Source: Moraxella sp. (lineage in GTDB: Bacteria > Pseudomonadota > Gammaproteobacteria > Pseudomonadales > Moraxellaceae). From it: DNA of 64,000 bases. Numbering within the stretch: position 1 is the stretch's first letter; each line of letters opens with the position of its first letter. The stretch lies in the NCBI GenBank assembly GCA_030530785.1, contig JAUMUJ010000006.1, forward strand, positions 529-64,528, written 5' to 3'. The translations under genes were made by a program, and so were the position numbers. Shown here piece after piece: positions 63,238 to 64,000 of this stretch. The notes below the pieces were generated by a model. The model did not search any database, was not told the DNA's origin, and worked only from the letters and a program-made list of their open reading frames with translations.

Positions 63238-63342
63238 AACTTGATTTCCTACGACAGTACGAACTGTATCAGGTTCAACGGTATCTGCCTGCAACGTAAG
63301 TAAGGCAATCTCAGCGACTGATTGGTCGCACTCCGTCAAGTT
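63238..63342 (-). ncRNA. TPP riboswitch (THI element)
   Basis: AACTTGA..GGAGTGC..GCTGAGA..ATACCGTTGAACCTGATACAGTTCGTACTGTCGTAGGAA..TCAAGTT upstream of thiC. Confidence 0.95.
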
Positions 63343-63396
63343 AGGGATATTATAACTAAATTAGATAAAGAGACAAAATATTTTGTGAATTTTTAT

Positions 63397-64000
63397 CGGA
63401 CCTGACGTAGATTAGCAATCATGTTATACTACAAAAATGAAGCTAACTCGTTGTAAACTAAATAAAAAAGTACAGCTTAAACTGCAACTGCTTGAATTTT
63501 TTTGCAGAAGTTACTGCCAGAACATCAAGATTTGCTTGGCATTCAGTACAATTCAGCCCTACTATTTTATCATAAACTACGCCTTATCATAGAGTATCAT
63601 CTTCGTCTTGAAGCTCAAACACTTTTTGACGGTGAGATAGAGCTTGATGAAAGCTACTTTGGTGGAAGACGCAAAGGCAAGCATGGTCGTGGTGCTGGTG
63701 GTAAAATAGCTGTATTTAGTCTTTTAAAGCGTCATGGTAGGGTTTATGCTGTTGTGGTAAAAGACACCAAAACAGACACACTTATGCCCATCATTACAAG
63801 TAAAGTCAAACTACACAGACACTTACCCAAGTTATAATGCACTTGATGTCAATGCTTTTAAGCATTTTAGGATTAACCATTCAAAAGAATTTGCCCAAAA
63901 TCACAATCACATCAATGGCATAAAAAACTTTTGGTCTCAATCTAAACGCATTCTTAGAAAATACAATGGTATTGACAAAAAGCATTTTCATTTATTTTTA
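63397..64000 (+). mobile_element. Decayed IS1016-like element (IS1595 family), running off the window edge
   Basis: Left-end motif CTGACGTAGATTAGC (63402-63416); transposase from ATG 63437 (MKLTRCKL..) with ELDESYFGG, GRGAGGK, YTD, RINHS and NHING; frameshifts ~63500 and ~63810. Confidence 0.88.

Overview
Chromosomal window from a Moraxellaceae gammaproteobacterium, most likely a Moraxella species. This is inferred from gene content and protein style, not from a search. Core genes: clpX-clpP-tig, rdgB, mpl, dsbB, gshA, dnaJ-dapB, dprA-rraA, ugd-like/pgi/galU, sucA-sucB-lpdA, and thiC with a TPP riboswitch. Accessory blocks: (i) a probably Fur-controlled CeuE/B/C/D-type iron-siderophore ABC operon, followed by a lipoprotein gene whose promoter spacer holds an A13 tract; (ii) a type III restriction-modification system with heptamer repeats and an RBS-occluding hairpin in the mod leader; (iii) a DUF3015 + DUF4105 (Lnb_N, papain-like His/Cys) secreted-protein/outer-membrane-enzyme pair; (iv) a ~19 kb ABC-transporter-dependent capsule locus (ctrABCD/kpsDEMT-like) with an AT-rich biosynthetic cassette. 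That cassette encodes a WbpA/B/E/I-type 2,3-diamino-uronic-acid pathway with an LpxA-like acyltransferase in the WbpD slot, and carries the scar of an older cassette (wecB pseudogene fused to another gene's tail) plus a pentanucleotide repeat at the ctrC/ctrD junction. Also present: a galE pseudogene, a chimeric tRNA-Val/tRNA-Asp gene and a decayed IS1016-like (IS1595 family) element at the right edge. Family calls come from recognised motifs; no database searches were run. Several start codons were moved from the ORF track on RBS or signal-peptide grounds.
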